Positions 39,656 to 51,678 of a stretch of DNA of 64,000 nt are shown here, in pieces. The stretch is taken from assembly GCA_951406725.2 (NCBI GenBank), contig OX597817.1:40982001-41046000 (forward strand). The letters run 5' to 3'. The notes beneath the pieces are model-generated. The model was given only the letters and a program-made list of their open reading frames with translations, had not been told where the DNA came from and searched no databases. Made by a program: the position numbers and the translations under genes. The stretch comes from Octopus vulgaris (lineage: Eukaryota). Each line of letters begins with the position of its first letter. The first letter of the stretch is position 1.

Positions 39656-40518
39656 CTGCACCATTCAGTTACATGGATGTAAACAAACTAACACAGGTTT
39701 TCAAGCAATGGGAAGGGGGACAAACCTAGACACAAAAACACCCTGATATATGATGGGCTTCCACAGTTTCTCTCAACTAAATTCACTTACAAGGCATTTG
39801 TTGCAATCCTGACCTGCTTCCAAGTCAAGTAACAGTTCCCCTTGATGAGGATGATGATGAAATGAGGAGTATCTAATATACCCATGTGTCTTTTATGCTA
39901 TCAACTACTTTAATTGCCATAATCCATAATAGGAATAATCTGTTAACATTAATTTGTGACAAATACTTGAATTTAACTCTGCAGTGGTTGTTTGAAAATC
40001 CTATAAAAACACTGATAATCCTGTGATTTAACAATCAGCTTAGTGAAGTTAAAAACTGAAGTGTGTGACAAACACTATTTGTCAGCCAGACACCATGTCT
40101 GTCTTTGATATAGGAATCCCTCTTCCTTTTGATGCTCACTTTTCCAGGCTTGCTTGGAGTTTACTGTGGCAAATTTTTTACAGGTGGATGCTTGTTTTGT
40201 TGGTGGGCCTTACCCGTTTCCAAGCAAAAATAATAGTTCCCCTTGGCCAGACATGTTTTTTTGCAGAATATTGGAAATGAAGGATACTCATCTACAACAA
40301 TCAGGCAATGTTAAGAGAAGACACATGTGCGCGCACACACACACACACACTTCTCTTGGAAGCAGGTCAGGATTGCCACAAAATGCCTTGTAAGTGAATT
40401 TAGTTGGCAGAAACTGTGGAAACCCATCACATATGCTTTTGTGTCTATGTTTGTCCCCCTTCCCATTGCTTGAAAACTTGTATTGGTTTGTTTACATCCA
40501 TTTAACTGAACGGTGCAG
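39656..40518. repeat. Inverted duplication (~165-bp arms, 39656-39824 and 40355-40518)
   Basis: Both arms share the same diverged SINE segment plus the non-SINE junction CCTGACCTGCTTCCAAG. Confidence 0.8.
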
Positions 40519-40947
40519 CAAAAGAGATCACCAGACAAAAAAGGAAAAAAAAATAATGGAGGACAATTCGTTCAACTAAAATCCTTCAAGGTGGTGCTCC
40601 AGTATTGCCACAGTTCAATGACTGCAACAAGTAAGCATCATGGAGGCAGGGAAATCATAGTGCATTGCTGGCTTTGAAAAGGAAGCTTTCGTTTGGTATC
40701 CTAATCACCTGGCACAGCAGTTCTTTCTTTATCATGGTGACAGAAATTTAAAACCATCTTAATTAATACACTATGTTAAACGTAGCAAGTGCAAGCACAG
40801 CTATGTGATAAGAAGTTTGCTTCCCAATGACATAGTTCCAGGTTCAGACCCTGTGTGCCACCTAGGGAAAATATCTTCTACTATAGCCTTGGGCCATCAA
40901 AAAGCCTTGTGAGTGGATTTGGTAGATAGAAACTAAAAGAAACCAAT

Positions 40948-40982
<35 letters not shown>

Positions 40983-41517
40983 GCGCAATGGCCCAGTGGT
41001 TAGGGCAGCAGACTCATAGTTGTAGGATCACAGTTTCAATTCCCAGACCAGGCATTGTGAGTGTTTATTGAGTAAAAACACCTAAAGCTCCACGAGGCTC
41101 CGGCAGGCGGGGGTGGGGGTGGGGTGGGGGGTGAACCCTGCTGTACTCTTTCACCACAACTTTCTCTCACTCTTTCTTCCTGTTTCTGTTGTACCTGTAT
41201 TTCAAAGGGCCAGCTTTGTCACACTCTGTGTCATGCTGAATCTCCTTGAGAACTATGTTAAGAGTACACGTGTCTGTGGAGTGCTCAGCCACTTGCAGGT
41301 TAATAAATGAGCTGCGACGTTACTGGTGCCAAGCTGTATCGGCCTTTGCCTTTCCCTTGGATAACATCGGTGGTGTGGAGAGGGGAGGCTGGTATGCATG
41401 GGCGACTTGCTGGTCTTCCATAAACAACCTTGCCCAGACTTGTACCTCGGAGGGTAACTTTCTAGGTGTAATTCCATGGTCATTCATGACCGAAATAGGT
41501 CACAATCAATCACTATA

Positions 41518-41548
<31 letters not shown>

Positions 41549-41578
41549 TTATATATATATATGTGTGTGTGTGTGTAA

Positions 41579-41969
41579 GGCGTAGGAGTGGCTGTGTGGT
41601 AAGTAGCTTGCTTACCAACCACATGGTAAGTCCCACTGCGTGGCACCTTGGGCAAGTGTCATCTACTATAGCCTTGGGCCGACCAAAGCCTTGTGAGTGG
41701 ATTTGGTAGATGGAAACTGAAAGAAGCCCATCATATATATGTATGTGTGTGTGTATATGTTTGTGTGCCTGTGTTTTTCCCCCCAGCATTGCTTGACAAC
41801 CGATGCTGGTGTGTTTACGTTCCCGTAACTTAGCAGTTCGGTAAAAGAGACTGATAGAATATGTACTAGGCTTACAGAGAATAAGTCTTGGGGTCAATTT
41901 GTTTGACTAAAGGCGGTGCTCCAGCATGGCTCCAGTCAAATGACTGAAACAAGTAAAAGAGTAAAAGAA
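41579..41969 (+). mobile_element. SINE family A
   Basis: GGCGTAGGAGTGGCTGTGTGG head and GTAAAAGAGTAAAAGA tail. Other copies near 14890, 28216, 40790, 53232 and 59235. Confidence 0.8.
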
Positions 41970-44900
41970 TATATATATCTATTGTGTGTGTGTGTGTTTG
42001 TCCCCACCACTGCTAGGCAATCATTGTTGGTGTGTTTACATACCCATAACTTAGTAGTTTAGCAAATGAAGCTGATAGAATAAGTACCAGGCTTAAAAAA
42101 AGAAAGAAGAAAAGTTACATAAGACAGTGATCTGATAGTCACGACTGGAATGCCTTGATCATAGACCCACTTGATCTTTGCTCACTGCCCAATCTCCTTG
42201 TGGCCTACTAATGATGCCCAAAGGAGTTTTCTGTATATTTATTTGGTTGTTACTTTCCTTCTCTTTTATTACTAATCAAAGGGTTGTCAATTATACTTTG
42301 TTCTTAACCTATCCCCCTCATATTCCTTTGCCTTAGAAAAAGTGAGGCTGGGTGATATAGAAAAAGCAGCAAATTATGAGAAAGTGTGAGAAAAAAAAAA
42401 AAAGACAGTGTGGGAGAATAAAGCAGAAAGAAAGGCAGAATGAGGGAGGAGATAAAACAACTGTGAATTATATTTTTTCACTTTCTCACAATGTCTTTAA
42501 TTCAGATCTGGGACATGTATATATAAGCATATAAATATTGCAGAAAGTGAAACAGTATACAGTAATGCCTTCATTATTGGCAAGCGTTTCTTTTCTTATT
42601 TTCATTTATGTACAATAGAGCCTTGTGCTCGTTATTGTTGTTTAGTATCTTTGGAACTACTAACTTTTTGTAGTGTGAAGCAGATTTTGCAGTCTGTAAT
42701 TGCTTGACTTTGTTTTATTAGTTCATGAATAGTATAGAAGGAATTAATGTCAACAGTTTTTTTTTTTTCTGAAAGATTTCAGGTCTTTGTTTTTGATTAT
42801 TTTGTTTTAAAATTACTTTGTTGGATAGAAAAACTTTTGAAAAATAATACATTTATCTCTATATTCACTTGAGTTTATTACTTTCATGTACATATCAAAT
42901 GAACTTGAAGAATTACTATTCAAGAGCTTATGATGTAGTTGTAGTCCTTGTTAATCTTTGGCATAGCCATATCTGGCACAAATGCTCTGCCTGTTTTACT
43001 TTAAAACTAACCTAACCTGGTCTCTTATATCTACCCTTCACTGTCATTCCACAAGTAAGCAATCATGTCACTGAAATTTTGAAGCTGTAAAATTTATGCT
43101 TTATTATTGAGTGAGAGAGCAGTGCATGCCATTAATGTGACACTGGGGTAAAATATATGAAGCCCAATATACCCATCATGACTACCCGCCTGAGAAGGGT
43201 ACACTAGGCACATGCATCACAACCATATGTGTGCGACATGGTGATCTCATATCAAGATAAACAGCACATGACCTTGCAAGTGGGGCCCAGTTAGAATTTT
43301 CTTCTGGTTGTGTAACCCATCCTGCTCAAATGGTCTCTGAATAAAGATTGTTTAAGGATGTTGAATGAAACACCCATGTTTCCAGAGGTGAATTATTCAA
43401 ACCTCAAAGGATCCCTCTCAACACTTGGCTGTGATGCTCCCCCACTACTTCTGCTCGTGATCAGAAATGCACATATCGTCAGCCACTAAGGGACATGCTC
43501 AACTGGTTAAGGTCAAACAATGATAAGCAAATCTGTGGTATTGAACAGAATATTTGCTGTAGCCCATCTTTTATAACAAGACCAAACAATGTACATGATA
43601 ACACTTCCAATCAGTTAAGATCAGAAGCCATGAGAGCCACTGCCTGGTACTGCTTATTATTATTGTTATTATTATTATTTATTTCAAAACTGTGTGAATA
43701 AGTAAGCATTGCATTTGATGGAGTAATCTGAATGCTAAAGGGTTAAATCATGAATGAATACTTACTTCAAGATTTAACTTTTATGTTAAACATTTGTAAA
43801 ACTGTTGTTGTATTTCGGGACGGTCATTTAAAAAATAAATTTTGCCAAATAAACACACACTATATATTCGTTCTTCACTTGTTTATTACTGTTCTTATTT
43901 TAACTGGTGTCCAAGGACGGAGTGAGCTAAGTAGAGCAGGAGGATACACAAGGATGGAAAGTGTCGCTGAAGAGGTCACAGATGTTTGACAAAAGATTTC
44001 CAGACAATGGACATCTGTTAAAATAAAAGCGGTAATAAATGAAGAACGAATATATTGTGTGTGTGTTTTTGGCAACAAAAACAATGACTATGCCGAAATA
44101 TAACAATATTTGTTTCAATAAGAATCTTGCAACACAACTTCGTAAATGTAAAATTCGTAAAGCTTATTTCTTAAAATGTAGACACCTAATGCTATATCAC
44201 TGCATATTATAAGAGAAAGTGCAAATTATTGGAGCTGTATGGATACCATAGCATTCAAATATGATTTCCATAAGAAAGCCGTAAAAAGCACCCACTACAC
44301 TCACGGAGTGGTTGGCGTTAGGAAGAGCATCCAGCTGTAGAAACATTGCCAGATAAGACTGGAGCCTGGTGCAGCCTTCTGGCTTTCCAGATCCCCGGTC
44401 GAACCGTCCAACCCATGCTAGCATGGGGAACGGACGTTAAACGATGATGATGATGATGATAAGAACATCTCCTCTTAACCATATGGCATAATAAAGTTAT
44501 GGCATGTAAGATGCACTTTTTTCTATGTAAAAAAAAAATCTTAAGAAGTCTCCCTGGATCCTATATGTGAAGTTGACAAGTTCATAGGATTTGATAAAGA
44601 TTTTTCTGGCTTAGAAGATGATTAAATTTTTTGTTAATATGTTTTGGTTTATGTTCAACTGTAGTGGAAGCTTGCTTTTTATATAAAGTGTATTCCTGCA
44701 TGTTACTGTAATCATGTTTCCTCTATCGTGATTTCTTACTTCATGATTAGCTGTACTGCTAACTTAGTTTTTCATATACACTAATGTTTTCTACTGTAGC
44801 TAAGGAACTTTTGTAATGTACTACTAGATTGCTTTAGATATTGGTTTCAAATTTTGGCTCAAGGCCAGCAGTTTTGGGGACTGGGTAAGTCAATTAAATT

Positions 44901-45384
44901 GACTCCAGTGCTTAACTTGTACTTAGTTTATCAACTCCAAAAGGATGAAAGGCAAAGCTGACCTTGGCAGAATTTGAACTTGGACGGTAAAGACAGATAA
45001 AATACCTATTTCTTTACTACCCACAAGGGGCTAAACACAGAAGGGACAAACAAGGACAGACAAATGGATTAAGTCGATTATATCAACCCCAGTGCATAAC
45101 TGGTACTTATTTAATCGACCCCAAAAGGATGAAAGGCAAAGTCGACCTCGGCGGAATTTGAACTCAGAATGTAGCGGCAGACGAAATACCGCTAAGCATT
45201 TCACCTGGTGTGCTAACGTTTCTGCCAGCTCAATGCCTTGATTGTTTTAAATATTACATGTTTTAATTCACTAAACATTTTTCCTCCCTAAATATGCACT
45301 GCTGAAATTGGGATGCATCTATTATGCCTATGTGTCTTTTATATTATCAAATATTGTTTCATAAAATATCCTATTTTATTTCAG

Positions 45385-45541
45385 AGTTGATGGTCGAAAA
45401 ATTGCATTTGGACATTATCCAGTAAAGTCACATCATGTGAAAAACCACTGTTTTGATACAAATGGTACTGATGACATTGGTGGAATCTGCTTGGGTCTCA
45501 TGAAGCATGTTAATGAAAGTGCAAAGTTATGGGCAGCTTCT
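45385..45541 (+). CDS. Coding exon 3 (RVDGRKIAFGHYPVKSHHVKNHCFDTNGTDDIGGICLGLMKHVNESAKLWAAS)
   Basis: TTTTATTTCAG acceptor and TCT|GTAAGT donor; 157 nt, phase 2 to phase 0, open frame. Confidence 0.88.
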
Positions 45542-45798
45542 GTAAGTACATTTGCTTTTTATGAATGATGTCTGACTGTTTGGTTTGTTTTTGTAAGAAA
45601 TCTATTTTCAACTTGATATTTTGAGAAAAAAATTGTATTGTCCACTTTTCTAATTACATAGATTAGAGTCTTTTGAATCAGGTTTTCTTTAGCCAGATGC
45701 CCCTCTTGTTGCCAGCTGTCACTTGTGTCCAAGCAAAGTATTACAGTAGTACCTCCGTTTTCGAACACTTGATTATGTATAAATTGTGCTTTATATAT

Positions 45799-45922
45799 AA
45801 GGTGCAATGAAGCCTGCTTTTCCAAAACAATCAACAAAGACAGGTCATTACAGTTTAACCAGCTTGTTTGTCTTTTTTGACTTTCTTTTATCTTTTGTCT
45901 CAGTCATTGAACTATGGCCATG

Positions 45923-45975
<53 letters not shown>

Positions 45976-46169
45976 CTTGGGTCTGATTTGACTAAAACCC
46001 TTCAGGGTGGTGCCCCAGCATGGCCATAGTTCAATGACTGAAACAAAAGATAAAAGAAAGTAAAAAAAGACAGTTGTTTTGTTGTATTGAAACAAGCTGG
46101 TTAAACTGTATGACCTGTCTTTGTTGATGAAATGGAATTGTTTTGGAAAAGTAGGCTTCATTGCACCTT
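45799..46169. repeat. Fold-back inverted duplication (~125-bp arms) downstream of exon 3
   Basis: 45799-45924 pairs with 46017-46169; the loop contains (TA)n. Confidence 0.85.
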
Positions 46170-46799
46170 CAGTCAGAAAACTAAGCAGTATAAGGCAGGC
46201 TGATTTGGCCTTTAAGGCGACATTGTTAATCGTAGTCTGAAATCTGTTGTGTGTATCCTATGAGAACTAACAAGTGCTTTACAGACCAAGTAAAGTAGCA
46301 CTTCTTTATCACTCCAGTTTATATTTGTCTGCTGTCTTCTCCCATGATCATCATCATCATCATCATCATCATTTAACGTCCGCTTTCCATGCTAGCATGG
46401 GTTGGACGGTTCAACTGGTGTCTGGGGAGCCCGAAGGCTGCACCAGGCCAGTCAGATCTGGCAGTGTTTCTACAGCTGGATGCCCTTCCTAACGCCAACC
46501 ACTCCGAGAGTGTAGTGGGTGATTTTATGTGCCACCGACACAGGTGCCAGACGAGGCTGGCGAACGGCCACGCTCGGATGGTGTTTTTATGTGCCACCGA
46601 CACAGGTGCCAGACAAGGCTCAGTCCTCTCACTCTTCTTGACCACTGTCTTTTGTTAAAAAATGTCTTTAGACCTTGCTACATTATTGCTAGAGAGTGAT
46701 AGTAATAGCAGCTAAATCTCATTGAAGCTGATTTTTTTTTTTCATTCCTCCACCTCCTTGTCAGGTCCTCATGTTAGATTTTAGTTCTCTTTCATCTCT

Positions 46800-47345
46800 C
46801 CTTCACTTTTATACATTTATATATTTTACCTCCTGGAAACTATTCAGAGACATGCAACCAAGCGAAGCGAATACCCTCCATCAGGCATCTACCATACTCT
46901 GAACACCTTGCTTCCCTGGGCATAGATACATTGAAGTTCCGTGTGGCAACTGACTTAGTAAACACCCACAAAATTATTAATCATCACACCAACAACTACC
47001 TTGCAAACCTCTTTGAGCTCCATGTGTCTAACATGTGGGTGTGCCTACAAAGTCAGAAAACAGCACAGCTCCCATGATTTTGGAACCATTTTTTCACACT
47101 CAGAGTTGCTGAAGCCAAACTAACTGCATCAATTGTTAGTTGCCGAGACATTGCATCCTTTAAAATCTCCATGCTTCCTGAAATTTGCCAACACTACACC
47201 TGATATATGCATGCACACATGTATATCATGACTCTTACACTGTTCACTTTCCTGACTTTTGTACATAATTCCATGCACTATACATGTACCTTTAATGAGT
47301 TGTAGTGCACCTGAGCACCATACACAATAATTTCATTATTATTAT
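46800..47345 (+). mobile_element. CR1/L2-clade LINE 3' end
   Basis: Peptides KRIPSIRHLPYSEHLASLGIDTL, DLVNTHKII and FFTLRV, followed by an (ATT)n tail. Confidence 0.75.
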
Positions 47346-48024
47346 ATTTGGTTAATAACTTATATCACCTACACCGTCCTGCACAAATTTTTGCTGAGTT
47401 TATTGCTCTCTTTTTCTCTCTCTCTCTTCCTTGTTTGATGATTCTCCAGCTGAAAATGAGTACCAGCCTAATGCTGGAGTAATCCTTTCTATCTCCAGCT
47501 GTCACCCCCTCAGTATTCTCCTATATCAAAATTTGGAAGGGCCAATGGTTCACTTAAAATGATCAGTGAAACATGGTACATGCTACCAGGTCATACACAC
47601 TTGTGACATTAATGCTTCTAATCAGTTTTGAAATGCAATACTTGTTTAATTTAGACACTGTTTGTTAGTGTTTTCTGCAAAGTTTGCTCCATGCTGATGG
47701 AAGACTTGTGAGTGGATTTGGTAGACAGAAACTGAAAGAAGCTCATTGTGTGTGTTTGTTTGTGTCTTCTTGTCTTGATGTGTGACTGTTGTAAATGCCA
47801 TTTATTTCTAATAAATCTGGCTATGGGGAAATATTACCTTGCTTGGAAACAAGTAGGAATTAGTGGCAGGTAGAGCATGGAGAAATAGGGAGCTGCTACT
47901 CTGGTGGGCCCTACCAGGTTAGCATGTCTGCCTTCTGTAGGCTGTAGAAAATCCACCTCAATATACTCCATGTGACCCTTGTAAGCAAGGAAAAATGAAT
48001 GTTAAAATGATGAGGTAGCATGGA

Positions 48025-48320
48025 TTTTTACAGATACCTATTTCATCAGAAATTTCATGGATAGTCAGATAAGGATTTTCATGAAACAGAACATATTTCT
48101 AGCCATGTGATTCTCTGATATCATGGGAGGTTGTCTGAATCTGGGATTCCCTTTGGACGTTCTTCCTTATTTAAAATAAATGGTACCACTTGTGTCAATG
48201 CATTGACTCCTCATTAGACCTGTTGCAACATTAGAATAATCTGTCAGTTTTCCTAAATTTGAAATGATATTTCACACAAACATGGTCTTCCAAATTCTAC
48301 ATTGTTCAAATTCTGTTAAA
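48025..48320 (-). mobile_element. Mariner/Tc1 transposase N-terminal relic
   Basis: KWYH..K*GRTSKGNPRFRQP and HENPYLTIHEISDEIGICK resemble the mariner linker and HTH. Confidence 0.55.
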
Positions 48321-49315
48321 ATACCAAGTGCACTAAACATGTGTTCACTCTAAAATTAGTGGCTGATGTAGTGTGACGTGCCTATTATTAGATTGAAGGT
48401 CATGTCACTCATAAACAAAACTGCGGTCGTGAGTAAACTGCAATGTCTGGTTGGCATGCTTTTTGAGTTTCTTTTTATGCAGACCTCATACATGAAGTAG
48501 ATGATTCTTCCTCAATAATTTACTTTAAAGCATTGCAATACCAACATTTCCAAACATGGATTTTGTTGCCATTTATCAAAAATGAATCTTTGCTACCATT
48601 AATATTTTCCTCAGGCCAGACGAAATAAATCATCTCAGATTTAGAACAATATTTCCTGTAATCGTTTGTAGCTTCAAAATGTAAGATGAGTAGAGCTTCA
48701 TAGGTTATAATACAACTGCGGCACTACAAGTAGCCATTCATCAGAATATGTTTGTTTGAAATGATATACATTTACTTCTGTTTGGCCAAGCTATCATTGT
48801 TATCATCTTACCACTGTTTACATTCTGAACACTATCAGCTTTCCACAATCAGCTTTAAAGTAACTGACTTTAACATATTTTAACCATGTTACCTCTCAGT
48901 ATTTCTTATATCCTTCTGTTTCTAGATTTCTTTTAAAATACAATTTGTTTTGATTAATTTCGTAAATAATGAAGTTAGTAAAATAACTTTGTCTTTATTA
49001 AGCTGCTGTTTGGAACCTAAGTTTGTATGAAATTTTGGTGGAAGGTTTTCATTTAAATCCCCTGAAGGTTGCATTGTAGAATCAAGGCTGGTTTCTGGTG
49101 GTTTGCTTTCAAAAGGGTTAAACTGAATCATTGTTTCATGTCTTAAATTTCCATATTGAGATTAGGAGTGTTACTAAATGTATTGGGTTTCTTTTTAAAC
49201 TTCCTAAATATCTTTCTCTTGGAATTTCCTATTTTTCTATCTGACGGCACCTTGTGTCCTTGCACAAGACACTTTTTTCACGTTGTTTCAGTTCACTGAG
49301 CTGGCAAAAATGAAT

Positions 49316-49795
49316 TCATCATCATTTAATGTCCGTTTTCCATGCTAGCATGGGTTGGACGGTTTGACCGGGGTCTGGGAAGCCAGGAGACTGCACCAGG
49401 TTCCAGTCTGATCTGGCAGTGTTTCTACAGCTGGATGCCCTTCCTAACACCAACCATAGTGAGTGTAGTGGGTGCTTTTTACATGCCACCAGCACAAGTG
49501 CCAGGGGAGGCTGGCAACGGCCACAATTGGTTGGTGCTTTTTATGTGCCACCGGCATGGAAGCCAGTCAAGGTGGTGCTGGCATCGGCCATGTTCAGATG
49601 GTACTTTTTACGTGCCACTGGCACAGGTACCACAACTACAATTTCCATTTTATTTTTATTTAGGTCTCCTCAAGCACAGCAGGTCGCCCTCTGATCCAAG
49701 GTACTTTGGATGGTCTGGGGCTGCTATGTGAAGCTGGTGCAGGTAATAGCCATGAACTCACGTTATATGTCGGGTCTTTACAGTCACAGCATATT
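49316..49795 (-). mobile_element. Family-D (GAT)n-tailed retroposon, longer copy
   Basis: Shared 3' end. Other copies at about 7693(-), 16295(-), 18830, 19330, 26246(-), 30187(-), 35230(-), 36608, 39130, 44281, 46346(-) and 55620. Confidence 0.8.
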
Positions 49796-49894
49796 GTACT
49801 TGTAATTCAAAGGGGCCAGCCTTATCACACTCTGTGTCATGTTGAACCTCCCTGAGAACTACACTAAGGGTACATGTGCCTGTGGAATACTCAG

Positions 49895-50540
49895 CCGTTT
49901 ACTCTTTTTACTCTTTTATTTGTTTAAGTCATTTGACTGCAGCCATGCTGTAGCACCATCTTTAGTTGAACAAATCAACTCCAGGACTTATTCTTTGTAA
50001 GCCTAGTACTTATTGTATCGATCTCTATTGCCGAACCACTAAATTATGGGGGATGTAAACACACCAGTATCGGTTGTCAAGTGATGGTAGTGGGGAGGGA
50101 CAGACACAAAGACATAAAGACACACCCACACACATATGATAGGCTTCTTTCAGTTTCCTATTTCTTTATTGCCTACAAGGAGCTAAATATAGAGGGGACA
50201 AACAAAGACAGACAAAGGGATTAAGTCGATTACATTGATCCTAGTGGGTAACTGGTACTTAATTTATCGACCGCGAAAAGATGAAAGGCAAAGTCAACCT
50301 TGGCAGAATTTGAACTCAGAATGTAATGGCAGACAAAATACCACTAAGCATTTCACCCAGCTTGCTAATATTTCTGCCAGCTCACTGCCTTTCAGTTTCC
50401 ATGTACCAAATCTACTCACAAAGCTTTGATCGGCCTGAGGCTATAGTAGAAGACACTTGCCCAAAGTGTCATGCAGTGGGACTGAACCTAGACCATGTGG
50501 TTGGTAAGCAAGCTATTTACCATACAGCCACTCCTGTGCC
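49895..50540 (-). mobile_element. SINE family A with a nested family-B SINE (50159-50388)
   Basis: The nested copy is flanked by TSD CTTTCAGTTTCC (50147-50158 and 50389-50400). Confidence 0.8.
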
Positions 50541-51505
50541 TATTCCACAAGCAAGCTGTTCTGTCAGTTGGGTCATTTGGAACCCTTGTTGTAATCGATG
50601 GAGTACCAGTGTGTGCAATAAACATTCATGGCCCATGCCATCTCTGTGAATGATGATGATGGGAAAGGTTTACAGCTGTAAAACTCAGGTGAAATCATTG
50701 GCATAATAGTGAAAGCTGAAGCCAATGGCATTGGATGGAGCCACTGAACTGTGCACTGGTACTGTGAACCATAGTTATTTATTGGTAATCTACTTGCTTT
50801 CTTTTACTGTGCACCGAATAACAATATGGTAGAATGATGTAGAATATTTTGTGGGCTGGAAAGGTTAAACTCTTTTGTTACCATATTTTTTATGAACTAC
50901 AGTCCTTATGTATTTTGACTGATTTTCAAAATCAATCAAAATACATGAGATTCATAATCATTATTTCATGATCATGCTGATATGAGCTGGACAGGCTGTT
51001 ACAGTTGAAGTCAGTGGTTATTCAGAGTTTCTATCCGAGATAAGGCAGCAGGACCAAATTTCACTCATACATTCCATTTTTAGCATGGGTTGTACATTTG
51101 GATGTCCCTCCTAATAGCAACCAATTTGCAGAGTATACTAGGTGCATTAGATATCTTGTTTTGCTCTTGGCAAGAATAAAGAGCCTTCTCTCCCTTGATT
51201 GTCTCTGTTCAAGGCAAGATGACCAAGAGGGTGAATAGATGAGAGTGATGACAAAGATAGCAAGGTCAGGTGAAAATATAAAAGAACAAGTATGATGATA
51301 GAAACAGTGACAGAATTCATAAAATAATTTTTTTCATTAAGTTAGGTTTGGAACATAACAGGTTCTTACATAAAATTAGGTTCTAACTTAAATGTTAATA
51401 CTTTAAAATTTGATATTTTCAGCTCATTAAAAGTAGTAGATATCCCTCTATTTCGTTTTTGGATTTGGTTTGCAAGATTCTTTATATGAGTTCATGTGTT
51501 GAAGC

Positions 51506-51678
51506 ATATTCTGTTGTGTCTGGGGAGAGTCATTTTCTTTTTGTGCCTTATAATTTAACACACTCACCGGTAAAATTTCCACTTATTTCTTATTTTTATA
51601 AGTGGAAATTTTACTGGTGAGTGTGTTAAATTATAAGGCACAAAAAGAAAATGACTCTCCCCAGACACAACAGAATAT
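51506..51678. repeat. Near-perfect palindrome (~80-bp arms) within a TSD-flanked insertion
   Basis: One mismatch in the arms; direct repeat ATATCCCTCT at 51440-51449 and 51675-51684. Confidence 0.9.
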
